Source of the DNA: Malacoraja senta
Taxonomy: Eukaryota
Reading direction: 5' to 3'
DNA length: 64,000 bases
Assembly: GCA_038087875.1 (NCBI GenBank)
Contig: CM075998.1
Coordinates: 4,838,001 to 4,902,000, forward strand
The notes beneath the pieces are model-generated. The model made no database searches. It had not been told where the DNA came from and saw only the letters and a program-made list of their open reading frames with translations. Shown here piece by piece: positions 12,610 to 23,473 of the stretch (within the stretch, counting starts at the first letter, position 1; the number at the start of each line of letters is the position of its first letter). Position numbers and translations under genes: made by a program.

Positions 12610-12965
12610 AGCCCCTGTCCCACTGTACGAGGTGATTCACGAGTTCTCCCGAGTTTTCCCTTGATTCGAACTCGGAGAATGTCCGTAGCTGGTCCGTAGG
12701 AGATCGTGGATGTCTCGTAGCGGCTCGTAATGCTAACGGTAGGTGCTGCGGACATCCGGTAAACTCGTGACGTTGTTTCAAACACTGTGAAAAATGTCCA
12801 CGAGTAAAAAAATACTCGTGATGAAATTTTTAAAAACGTTTTACTCGTACGAGCCGCTACGAGACGTCCACGAACTCCTACGGGCCCGCTACGGACATTC
12901 TCCGAGTTCGAATCGGGGGGAAAACTCGGGAGAACTCTTGAATTACCTCATACAGTGGGACAGGG
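12610..12965. mobile_element. Harbinger-like MITE with long TIRs, inserted in a Penelope terminus
   Basis: AGCCCCTGTCCCACTGTACGAGG...TACAGTGGGACAGGG with about 80-bp inverted arms; splits GGAGTA/ACTCAGCGGG; same family as 61291-61618. Confidence 0.75.
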
Positions 12966-13538
12966 ACTCAGCGGGTCAGGCAGCATCTCTGGAGAGAAGA
13001 AATGGTTGACTTTCGGGTCAAGACCCTACTTCAGACTGAGAGTCAGGGGAAAGGGAAACAAGAGATATAGATGGTGATGTAGAGAGAGATAGAACACATG
13101 GAGGAAAGATATGCAAAAAAGTAACGATGATAAAGGAAATGGGGCATTGTTAGCTGTTTGCTGGGTGTGAACGAGAAGCTGGTGTGACTTGGGTGGGGGA
13201 GGGATAGAGAGAGAGGGAATGCCGGGGTTCCTTGAAGTTAGAGAAATCAATATTCATGCCACCGGGCTGTAAGGTGCCCAAGCGAAATATGAGGTGCTGT
13301 TCCTCAATTTGCGTTTAGCCTCACTCTGACAACGGAGGAGGCCTAGGACAGAAAGGTCAGTGTGGGAATGGGAAGGAGAATTAAAGTGTTTGGCAACCGG
13401 GAGATCAGGTTGGTTCAGGCGGGCTGAGCGAAGGAGTTCAGCGAAACGATCGTCCCGTCTGCGTTTGGTCTCGCCCGCCGATGTATGAGAGTCCACATCT
13501 TGAACAATGGATACAGTCGATGAGGTTGGAGGAGGTGG
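12966..13538 (-). mobile_element. Penelope-like element 3' part: GIY-YIG endonuclease remnant, 3' UTR and terminal repeat
   Basis: Minus strand TSSNLIDCIHCSRCGLSYIG/ETKRRRDDRFAELLRSARLNQPDLPVAKHFNSPSHSHTDLSVLGL (frameshifted); ends in a degenerate hammerhead-bearing terminus. Confidence 0.85.
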
Positions 13539-13729
13539 GACAGGAAGAATGGACCATTCAGCACCTTGTTCCTACTCTACCATTCAGTGAGACCATGGCT
13601 GATCAAATGCCTCAGTACCACATCCCTGCACTAGCCCCATCACGCGATTCTTTTAATATCCAAAAATCCATCAATCTGTCTTGAATAAACGTAACAACTG
13701 CACATGAATAGTCCTCCAGGGTGGAGAAT

Positions 13730-14110
13730 TCCAAAGCTCCATCCAAGACCGCAAGAGTTATGGACGGAGCCCAGACCGTCACACACAAACCAACCTCCCT
13801 TCCTTCCACTGACTCCATCTACACCTCACGCTGCCTCGGCAAGGCCAGCAGCATCATCAAGGACCAGTCTCACCCCCGCCCACTCCCTCTTCTCCCCTCT
13901 CCCATCGGGCAAGAGGTACAGAAGTGTGAAAACATACGCACACACACCTCCAGATTCAGGGACAGTTTCTTTCAGCTGTTATCAGGCAACTGAACCGTCC
14001 TCTCACCAACTAGCGAGCGGTCCTGACCTCCCATCTACCTCATTGGTGACCCTTGGACTATCTTTAATCGGACGTTACTGGACTTTATCTTACACTAAAC
14101 GTTATTCCCT
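13730..14110 (+). mobile_element. Rex1/Babar 3' fragment
   Basis: RVMDGAQTVTHKPTSLPSTDSIYTSRCLGKASSIIKDQSHP...SGKRYRS; related copies at 40630-40930 (-) and 51420-51920 (+). Confidence 0.8.
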
Positions 14111-14344
14111 ACAGGTCCAATTGTTTTTTTTTCAGAGTCCTCAGTATGAGCCATTTTTAAAAATATATGTAACAACTCAGCATTGATTATTTTCATGCCA
14201 TCTCAAATCAGACAAATCAGATTGATCAGTGATAATGGAACCTGTGTATAACCTGCCAAGTACTAATTGATTGAATATCTCCCATTGCCGTCCTGCTTTC
14301 TGACGCATTTGCTGTGTGGCTCTCATTCCCTCTTTAGTTTCGTT

Positions 14345-14628
14345 TATGTAGAGATACAGCTTGGAAACAGGCCCTTCGGCCCACCGAGTCCATGCCGACC
14401 AGCGATCCCCACACGCAAACACTATCCTACACGCACTGGGGACGATTTACAATGCCACCAAGCCAATTAACCTACACACCCGCACGTCTTTGGAGTGTGG
14501 GAGGAAACCGGAGCACCCGGAGAAAAGTCACGGGGAGAACGTGCAAACTCCGTACAGGCAGCACCCGGAGTCAGATTCGAACCTGGGTCTCTGGCGCCGT
14601 GAGGCAGCGACTCGACCACCGTGCCGCC
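14345..14628 (-). mobile_element. HE1-like V-SINE
   Basis: Reverse complement of the SINE consensus, from tRNA head to GGCCCTTCGGCCCA tail. Confidence 0.85.
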
Positions 14629-15967
14629 CCAAAGAATCTTGCTTAGAAGATTGAGGAGATTCGGTACGTCGATGAATATTCTCTTCAGCTTCTGCAGGTG
14701 TACAGTAGAGAGCATATTGACTGGTTACATCAAGGCCTGGTTCAGTAACTCGGACGCCCAGGAGCGAAGGAGATGACACAGAGTTGTGAATTATGTGCGG
14801 GCTTGTCGGTTTTCACCCAGAGAGTTGTGAATGTGTGGAATTCCCTGCCACAGAGGGCAGTGGAGGCCAAGTCACTGGATGGATTTAAGAGAGAGTTAGA
14901 TAGAGCTCTAGGGCTAGTGGAGTCAAGGGATATGGGGAGAAGGCAGGAACGGGTTATTGATTGGGGACGATCAGCCATGATCACAATGAATGGCGGTGCA
15001 GGCTCGAAGGGCCGAATGGCCTCTACTCCTGCACCTATTTTCTATGTTACTGTAAACTTTTCACCCCTGGTGTGTAGGGAGTGGATGGGAAAGTGGGATA
15101 ACATGGAACGAGTGTGAGCGGGTGATCGATGGTCAGCGCAGACTCGGTGGGGCTTAGGGGCCAGTTTCCGTGCTGTATCTCCGAACTAAACTGTACTAAA
15201 CTGAACTAAAGTCTGAAGGAGGGTCTCGACCCGAAAGGTCACCCATGCCTTCTCTCCAGCGATGCTGCCTGTCCCGCTGAGTTACCCCAGCATTTTGTGT
15301 CGACAGCACCTTCGGCTTAAACCAGCGTCTGCGGTTCCTTCCTGCACTAAAGGAAACTAAACTTCACCAGCCCAGAGTAGCGTGTGGCATGGGATGAAGG
15401 GGAAGAAACGAGGGCTGAGGCTGACAAATCAAACGAAAGATAAAGCAGGCGGACGAGGGAAGACAAAAAGAAAATGTTTGTGCCTGAATCACCGGAAAAT
15501 GGCCCCTAAATCCCAGTGGAATGTCTGGATTGCAAAAGCAACATAGCTGGTGATGTAGGTCACACATGACCCACTTCACAGTCATGCTAAACCACACGCC
15601 CCAGTTTAAAGAGTGCTTTTGATTTTTTTTCATATTAAATAAAGCTTGAAACTTTTAGTCTCAAAGCTTCGAGAATCGAGATCACAAGATTTGTTCATCC
15701 AGAGGGGGTTGAATCTGTGGAATTCATTGCCACAGGCGGCGGTGGTGGCCAAGTCAGTGGATGTTTTTAATGTGGAGATAGATAGATTCGTGGTACACAA
15801 AAATGCTGGAGAAACTCAGCGGGTGCAGCAGCATCTATGGAGCGAAGGAAATAGGTAACGTTTCGGGACGAAACCCTTCTTCAGATAGATTCTTGATCGC
15901 ACTGATCGGTGTCAGGGTGTCAGGCAGGAGAATGGGGTTGGGAGGGAGAGACAGATCAGCCATGATA

Positions 15968-16385
15968 TAACCTTATTGAAACATATAAGATTGTTAAGGG
16001 CTTGGACACGCTGGAGGCAGGAAACATGTTCCCGATGTTGGGGGGAGTCCAGAACCAGGGGCCACACACACAGTTTAAGAATCAGGGGTAAGCCATTTAG
16101 AACGAGACGAGGAAACACTTTTTTCACAGAGAGTGGTGAGTCTGTGGAATTCTCTGCCTCAGAGGGCGGTGGAGGCAGGTTCGCTGGATGCTTTCAAGGG
16201 ATAGGGCTCTTAAAAATAGCGGAGTCAGGGGATATGGGGAGAAGGCAGGAACGGGGTACTGATTGGGGATGATCAGCCATGGCTGTTTGCAGGCCATTTG
16301 GCCTTCGAGCCAAATGGCCTACAAACAGCCATGGCCGATCATCCCAATACTCTGATACTCCTGCACCTATTGTCTATTGTCTATT
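15968..16385 (+). mobile_element. CR1 3' fragment containing a fold-back hairpin in its 3' UTR
   Basis: GAAACATATAAGATTGTTAAGGGC...CTCCTGCACCTATTGTCTATTG; hairpin at 16262-16348. Confidence 0.8.
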
Positions 16386-16931
16386 GATTGAATGGCGGAG
16401 TAGACTCGATGGGCCGAATGGCCTCATTCTGCTCCTATCACTTATGCCGTCATGACCTTGTTCTTTTCGTGTCCATCTTGTTACAGACGTTGACCTGGCT
16501 GTCATCGTCCGTCCTGAAAAGGACGCAAGCTTCCGGCGACAATCGGTGGAGGCCATCACTGGTGCAGTATATGATGGTGGAGGCAGAATTGGCTCGGGAT
16601 GCTTCCTGTTTCCAGCCCCGCGGCGTGGACGATGCTTCTGCTCTGGGGCCTGACCTGATGATCACCGACACTGAATCCTGGCAAAATAAAACGAGCCAGA
16701 TAGAATCGCAATGTTTCTCACAGTTTGCGGTGATCGCAGCTCTGTCTCTGGCTCAGCAACGATATATAGCTCAGCTATTAAGCTCAGCCTTGGGGAAGAG
16801 ATGTATGTAAATTATACAGCCGAGTACTGGCAACATGCCCTGCCCATTAAACATCTTGTTCATGCTGCATTTAACGTTGAAACACCCATCGCAAGGGTTT
16901 AAATCAACAGTTATAAAATGGAACAATGTGA

Positions 16932-17468
16932 GGGTGACACAGCGGTGGAGTTGCTGCCTCACAGCGCCAGAGACCCGGGTTCCATCCTCACTACAGCTGC
17001 TGTCCGTACGGAGTTTGCACCTTCTCCCGGGACCTGCGTGGGTTTTCTCCGGGGTGCTCCGGGTTTCCTCCCACACTCAGGTTTCATAGGTTGTGCAGCA
17101 AGGAACTGCAGATGCTGGTTTAAACCGAAGATAGACACAAGAAGCTGGAGTAACTCAGCGGGAGAGGCAGCACCTCCGGAGAGAAGGAATGGCCGACGTT
17201 TCGGGTCGAGACCCTTTGGAGTCTGAAGAAGGGTCTCGACCCGAAACGTCACCCATTCCTTCTCTCCAGAGATGCTGCCTGTCCTGCTGGGTTACTCCAG
17301 CTTTTTATGTCTATTTTCAGGTTTGTAGGTTAATTGGCTTGGAATAATTGCAAATTGTCCCAAGTGTGTGTAGGATAGTATTAGTGTGCGGTGATCGCTG
17401 GTCGGCGCGGACTCGATGGGCCGAAGGGCCAGTTTCCACGTTGTATCTGTAAACTGAACTGAACTAAG
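16932..17468 (+). mobile_element. HE1-like V-SINE interrupted by a palindromic Penelope-terminus element (about 17085-17316)
   Basis: TCAGGTTT occurs on both sides of the insert; intact hammerhead core at 17223-17250. Confidence 0.8.
17223..17250 (+). ncRNA. Minimal hammerhead ribozyme core
   Basis: CTGAAGAAGGGTCTCGACCCGAAACGTC. Confidence 0.6.
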
Positions 17469-17559
17469 AAGTGTTATGGGCTCAGAGCTTCCATGAATGC
17501 CATTTTATTCTCTTGATATTCCCACCTGCTCACCAATAGCCAACTTGATCAAGATATCA

Positions 17560-18302
17560 CAATCTTAATCACAATAATACTTTATTAGCCAAGTATGTTT
17601 TGCAACATACGAGGAATTTCATTTGCCAAGTCAGTCATACAAATCAAAAGCAACGGAACACACAAAACACATTTTAACATAAACATCCACCACAGTGACT
17701 CCTCCACATTCCTCACTGTGATGGAAGGCAAAAAAAAGTTCAGATCTCTTCCCTTCTTTCCTCTCCCATGGTCGGGGGCCTCGAGCCCTCCATTGACGGG
17801 ATGATCTTGACTCCTGTAACCAGCGGTGTTTTGGCCCTCCGCGTCGGGGTGATCAGCTCCTGCATCGGGGGGATGTCAGCTCCCCCGCGCTGGGCGATCG
17901 AACCTCGCGTCGGGGCTGGTCGAGTCTCTGCATCGTTGGAACTTCCCGACATCCACGGCCTCTCCCGAGACTGCGAGCTTCCGATGTAAAGTCCGTTGGA
18001 GCGGATCCCAGGCAAGGGATCGACTCCGATGTTAAGTCCACGCCCCGCGGTGGGGCTCAAGTCAGTCCAAGGAGGCCTCCAGATCCATCGATGGTAGGCC
18101 GCAGAGCGACGGGAGATACGACCCGGAAAAAATCGCATCTCCAGCAAGGTGAGAAACTGAAAAAAAAGTTTCCCGTGACCCCCACATAAAACAAACCGGA
18201 GAACACTTACACAAACTTTTAACACACACTAAAAATTAAAAAAAGACGAAAAAACAAACAGACTGTTGGTGGGGCAGCCAATCGTGCAGCGCCCCCTGGT
18301 GG
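17560..18302 (-). mobile_element. Non-autonomous GC-rich retroelement with a Rex1-like 3' tail
   Basis: Tail TTTATTAGCCAAGTAT...CATACGAGGAATTT resembles 588-620 (TTTATTGGCCAAGTATTCACATACAAGGAATTT); CpG-rich non-coding body; related pieces at about 25040-25178, 26597-26931 and 55620-55908. Confidence 0.55.
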
Positions 18303-18752
18303 TTGTGATTGTGATATCCTGATCAAGTTGGCTATGGGAGGAAAGCAGAGCACCCTGGGAAATCCCACACAGGCCCTTCGGCCCACAGAGTCCGTGCCGA
18401 CCACCGATCACCCACTAGTTATGTGTTATCCCACTTTCTCATCCACTCCCTACACACTAGGGGGCAATTTACAGAGGGCTGATTAACCTGCACGCCCGCA
18501 CGTCTTTGGGATCGGTGGTCGGCGTGGAGTCGGTGGGCCGAAGGGCCTGTGTGGGATTTCCCAGGGTGCTCTGCCTTCCTCCCGTAGCCAACTTGATCAA
18601 GATATCACAATCACAACCACAATCACCAGGGGGCGCTGCACCAGATTGGCAGCCCCACCAACAGCCTGTTTCCATGCTGTGTCTTTCAAAGAGACATGAA
18701 GCATGGAAACAGGACCATTGGCATCAATTCAAATCTTTGTCGAAATCTGTGT

Positions 18753-19270
18753 CACGGTGGGGCAGCGGTAGAGTTGCTGCCTCACAGCGCCAGAGACCTG
18801 GGGTCCATCCCGACTACAAGTGCTGTCTGTGGAATTCTCTGCCTCAGAGGGCGGTGGAGGCAGGTTCTCTGGATGCTTTCAAGAGAGAGCTACATAGGGC
18901 TCTTAAAGATAGCGGAGTCAGGGGATATGGGGAGAAGGCAGGAACGGGGTACTGATTGGGGATGATCAGCCATGATCACATTGAATGTCTCGAAGGGCCG
19001 AATGGCCTACTCCTGCACCTATTGTCTATTGTCTATTGTCTATTGTCTGTCTGTACGGAGTTTGCACGTTCTCTCCCCGTGAACTGCGTGGGTTTTCTCC
19101 GGGTGCTCCGGTTTCCTCCCACACTCCAAAGATGCGCGGGTTTGAAGGTTAATTGGCTTCGGTGACGACTGTAACTTGCCCCGAGTGTGTGTAGGATGGC
19201 GCCAGTCGGCGTGGACACGGTGGGATGAAGGGGCCTGTGTCCGCGATGTATCTCGAAGCTAAACTCAAAG
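18753..19270 (+). mobile_element. HE1-like V-SINE interrupted by a CR1 3' end (about 18826-19048)
   Basis: SINE breaks at GCTGTCTGT and resumes after the (CTATTGT)n tail as CTGTCTGTACGGAG. Confidence 0.8.
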
Positions 19271-19682
19271 CAGAACCTTGCAAAGCTCAAAACTCAAACA
19301 CCGCTCCAGACATCCAATAGTTCCCTTATAATTGTGCTCTTTCTGGCAAATGTGAAATAGTAATTTTAAATTCAACTTCCAAATGATTGTGAAAGCAAAG
19401 TACTAATTGGTTTTCCTTTCCCAGTATCCCATTTACAGGAAATTCTGTCTCTCTGACATATCCAAACATTCTGGCTCGAGATCTGAAGAGCACTTTGCGA
19501 TGGATTTGGTTTCACCTCTGCCCTCATTGCTGGGAGAGTTGTTTGTTCAACCGCTCAGTCGAAAGCCTTCAAGATTTGTTCAAGCTCCGACAACTCCTGG
19601 ATGAACTGCGGAGAGGGGACTCATCGCAGAGCAGAGGGGGCCGCAGTGTGGGCGTGCCATTGCTGCATGTGCAACTTGTCGA

Positions 19683-20223
19683 AAGAGACACACAGAGAGA
19701 GAGAGAGGGGCAGAGAGAGAGAGAGAAAGAGAGAAGGGGGCGGGCAGAAAGAGAGGGGGAGAGGGGGGAGAGAGGGAGGGTAGGAGAGGGGGAGAGAGAG
19801 GGGGAGAGAGGGGGAGAGAGAGAGGGGGAGAGAGAGAGAGAGAGAGAGGGGAGAGAGAGAGAGGGGGAGAGAGGGGGGAGAGAGAGAGGGGGGAGAGAGG
19901 GGAGAGAGAGAGGGGGAGAGAGAGAGGGGGGAGAGAGAGGGGGGGGAGAGAGAGAGGGGAGAGAGGAGAGCGAGAGAGAGAGAAGGGGGGGAGAAGAGGG
20001 AGAGGGGGGGAGAAGAGGGGAGAGGAGGGAGAGAGGGAGGGAGAGGAGAGAGAAGGGGGAAGAAAAGAGTGAGAGGGGGGAGAGAGAGGGGGAGAAAGAG
20101 GGGGAAAGAGAGAGAGGGGGAGAGAGAGGGGGGGAGAGAGAGAGAGGGGGAAGAGAGAGAAAGGGAGAAAGGGAGAGAGAGGGAGAGAGAAAAAGAGAGA
20201 GGGGGAGAGAGAGAGAGGAGGGG

Positions 20224-20254
<31 letters not shown>

Positions 20255-20262
20255 GAGAGAGA
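19683..20262. repeat. GA-rich polypurine low-complexity tract
   Basis: About 580 bp almost entirely G and A. Confidence 0.95.
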
Positions 20263-20627
20263 GTGTGACAGTCTCACAGAGGGCCTTCCCTGTCCACTGC
20301 GCATTCCATAAACCCATGATGGTTTTTCTGTACTTTATTTCCATCTGTATTCAACAGCAAACGGAAAATTTGGAAAGAATGCAGCGTGTGAGTTTAGTCA
20401 GACAGGACATCTTAAATTAACCTCGCCCATTAACCCGCAAATGTCAAACGAAAATACCTCCCCGTGCATTGAAAATGAATCGTTGGGTGATCCTCGATTG
20501 TATCCTTAAACCATAGAACAGTGAAGCACAGGAACAGGCCATTCGGCCCACAGTGTTCACACCAAACATGATGTCCTTATATAGCACAGGCCCTGGCGAC
20601 AACCTCGTAAATCTTCTCTGCGCCCGT

Positions 20628-21600
20628 CTGAAGAAGGGTCTCGACCCGAAACGTCACCTATCCATGTTCTCCACAGATGCTGCCTGACCCGCTGAGTTAC
20701 TCCTGCACTCTGTGAAACGTCACCTATCCATGTTCTCCACAGATGCTGCCTGACCCGCTGAGTTACTCCAGCACTCTGGGAAACGTCACCTATCCATGTT
20801 CTCCACAGATGCTGCCTGACCACTGAGTTACTCCAGCACTCTGTGAAACGTCACCTATCCATGTTCCCCACAGATGCTGCCTGACCCGCTGAGTTACTCC
20901 AGCACTCTGTGAAACGTCACCTATCCACGTTCTCCACAGATGCTGCCTGACCCGCTGAGTTACTCCAGCACTCTGTGAAACGTCACCCATTCCTTCCCTC
21001 CACAGATGCTGCCTGACCCGCTGAGTTACTCCAGCACTCTGGGAAACGTCACCTATCCATGTTCTCCACAGATGCTGCCTGGCCCGCTGAGTTACTCCAG
21101 CACTCTGTGAAACGTCACCTATCCATGTTCTCCACAGATGCTGCCTGACCCGCTTAGTTACTCCAGCACTCTGTGAAACGTCACCTATCCCTCTTCTCCA
21201 GAGATGCTGCCTGACCCGCTGAGTTACTCCAGCACTCTGTGAAACGTCACCTATCCATGTTCCGGCAGCATCTATGGAGCGAAGGAATAGGCAACGTTTC
21301 GGCCCGAAACCCTTCCGGGTTTCGGCCCGAAACGTTGCCTATTTCCTTCAGGGTTTCGGCCCGAAAGGTTGCCCATTTCCTTCGCTCCACAGATGCTGCC
21401 TGACCCGCGAGTTACTCCAGCACTCTGTGAAACGTCACCTATCCATGTTCTCCACAGATGCTGCCTGACCCGCTGAGTTACTCCAGCACTCTGTGAAACG
21501 TCACCTATCCATGTTCTCCACAGATGCTGCCTGACCCGCTGAGTTACTCCACCTATTTGTGTCTATCTTCGGTTTAAGCCAGCACCTGCAGTTCCTTCCA
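20628..21600 (-). repeat. 66-bp tandem array (about 12 units) headed by an intact hammerhead core, with embedded cassette
   Basis: CTGAAGA...GAAACGTC at 20628-20655 on the + strand, then repeats of GAAACGTCACCTATCC...CAGCACTCTGT; cassette at about 21260-21390. Confidence 0.9.
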
Positions 21601-22315
21601 ACACAGGTTTGTAGAATAATTGGCTTTGGTTAAAAAAAAAGTGTGTGTGGGCCGATCGCTGGTGGACGCGGACTTGGTGGGCCGAAAGGCCTGGTGGCGA
21701 GCTGCGTCTCAACATGTCGTGGTGTGGTATCACTGAGAGCCCACGTACCACAAGTAAACAGACACTCCCTCTAGAGGCTAACACAAGTCCTGCACAACAC
21801 GTCAACAGACCCCACAAGCAAGGGGCACAACAGCTGCACAAACAAGGAACTGCAGATGCTGTTTTTTTTTTAAAGGCACAGAGTGCTGGAGTAACTCAGC
21901 GGGTCAGGCAGCATCTGTGGAGAACATGGATAGGTGACGTTTCACAGAGTGCTGGAGTAACTCAGCGGGTCAGGCAGCAGCTGTGGAGAACATGGACAGG
22001 TGACGTTTCTGGATGGGACCCTTCTTCAGACTGCAGCACGACAGGGCACTGTCAGAGTGGAAACAGGCCCTTCGGCCCACCGAGTGCACGCTGACCAGCC
22101 ATCACCGTTCACACACCAGTTCTGTGCTATCCCACTTTCTCATCCACTCCCTACACACTAGGGGTAATTTACAGAGAGGAGAATTAACCGGAAAACCTGA
22201 AGCACTCCGGGACTTTGTGGCTTTTTTTTCAAACATTCGAGCTGTCTTTTCTTACTGTCAGAAGCACAACAAATAACAGGCATGCTCAGACTTAGGCACA
22301 CTACATTTCTTAAAT

Positions 22316-22928
22316 ACGGTGGCGCAGCGGTAGAGTTGCTGCCTCACAGCGCCAGAGACCCGGGTTCCATCCTGACTACGGGCACCGTCTGTACGGAGTT
22401 TGTACGTTCTCCCCGTGACCCCGCGTGGGTTTTCTCCGGGTGCTCCGGTTTCCTCCCACACTCCAAAGACGTGTAGGTTAATTACATAGAAACATAGACA
22501 ATAGGTGCAGGAGGAGGCCATTCGGCCCTTCGAGCCAGCACCGCCATTCATTGCGATCATGGCTGATCGTCCCCAATCAATAACCCGTGCCTGCCTTCTC
22601 CCCATATCCCTTGATTCCACTAGCCCCTAGAGCTCTATCTAACTCTCTCTTAAATCCATCCAGTGATTTGGCCTCCACTGCCCTCTGTGGCAGGGAATTC
22701 CACAAATTCACAACTCTCTGGGTGAAAACGTTTTTTCTCACCTCAGTCTTAAATGGCCTCCCCTTTATTCTAAGACTGTGTGGGCCCTGGTTCTAATTGG
22801 CTTGGTGTCAAATGTAAACTGTCCCGAGTGTGTGTAGGATGGTGTTAGGGTGCGGGGATCGCTGGTCGGCGCGGGCTCGGTGGGCCGAAGGGCCTGGTTT
22901 CCACGCTATATCTCTAAACTAAACTAAA
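22316..22928 (+). mobile_element. HE1-like V-SINE with an antisense CR1 3' end inserted at GGTTAATT
   Basis: TAATT occurs on both sides of the insert (about 22479-22483 and 22794-22798). Confidence 0.8.
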
Positions 22929-22995
22929 TACACTAAAGTAAGCAAAGTCTTTGTCTTGGGCCCACTGGATCCATGTTGATCATAGATTTCTTGAA

Positions 22996-23473
22996 GGAAG
23001 AACTGCAGATGCTGGAAAAATCGAAGGTCGACAAAAATGCTGGAGAAACTCAGCGGGTGAGGCAGCGTGTATGGAGCGAAGGAAATAGGCGACGTTTCGG
23101 GGACGAAACCCTTCCGGGTTTCGGCCCGAAACGTTGCCTATTTCCTTCTGGGTTTCGGCCCGAAACGTTGCCTTTTCCTTCTGGGTTTCCGCCCGAAACG
23201 TTGGCTATTTCCTTCTGGGTTTCGTCCCGAAACGTTGCCTATTTCCTTCTGGGTTTCGGCCCGAAACGTTGCCTATTTCCTTCTGGGTTTCGGCCCGAAA
23301 CGTTGGCTATTTCCTTCTGGGTTTCGTCCCGAAACGTTGCCTATTTCCTTCTGGGTTTCGGCCCGAAACGTCGCCTATTTCCTTCTGGGTTTCGGCCCGA
23401 AACGTTGCCTATTTCCTTCGCTCCATAGATGCTGCCTCACCCGCTGAGTTTTCTCCAGCATTTTTGTCTACCT
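22996..23473. mobile_element. Palindromic Penelope-terminus element containing a 34-bp tandem array, with a 14-bp TSD
   Basis: Direct repeat ATAGATTTCTTGAA at 22982-22995 and 23474-23487; inverted arms; unit CTGGGTTTCGGCCCGAAACGTTGCCTATTTCCTT repeated about 9 times. Confidence 0.8.

Noticed and set aside
19495..20344. Long E/R/G-rich and L/S/P-rich ORFs (also at 34284-35450)
   Set aside because: They are translations of GA/TC low-complexity tracts.
23114..23418. 34-bp hairpin repeats resembling a CRISPR array
   Set aside because: The units are contiguous with no unique spacers, there are no cas genes, the context is vertebrate, and the unit derives from a Penelope terminus.
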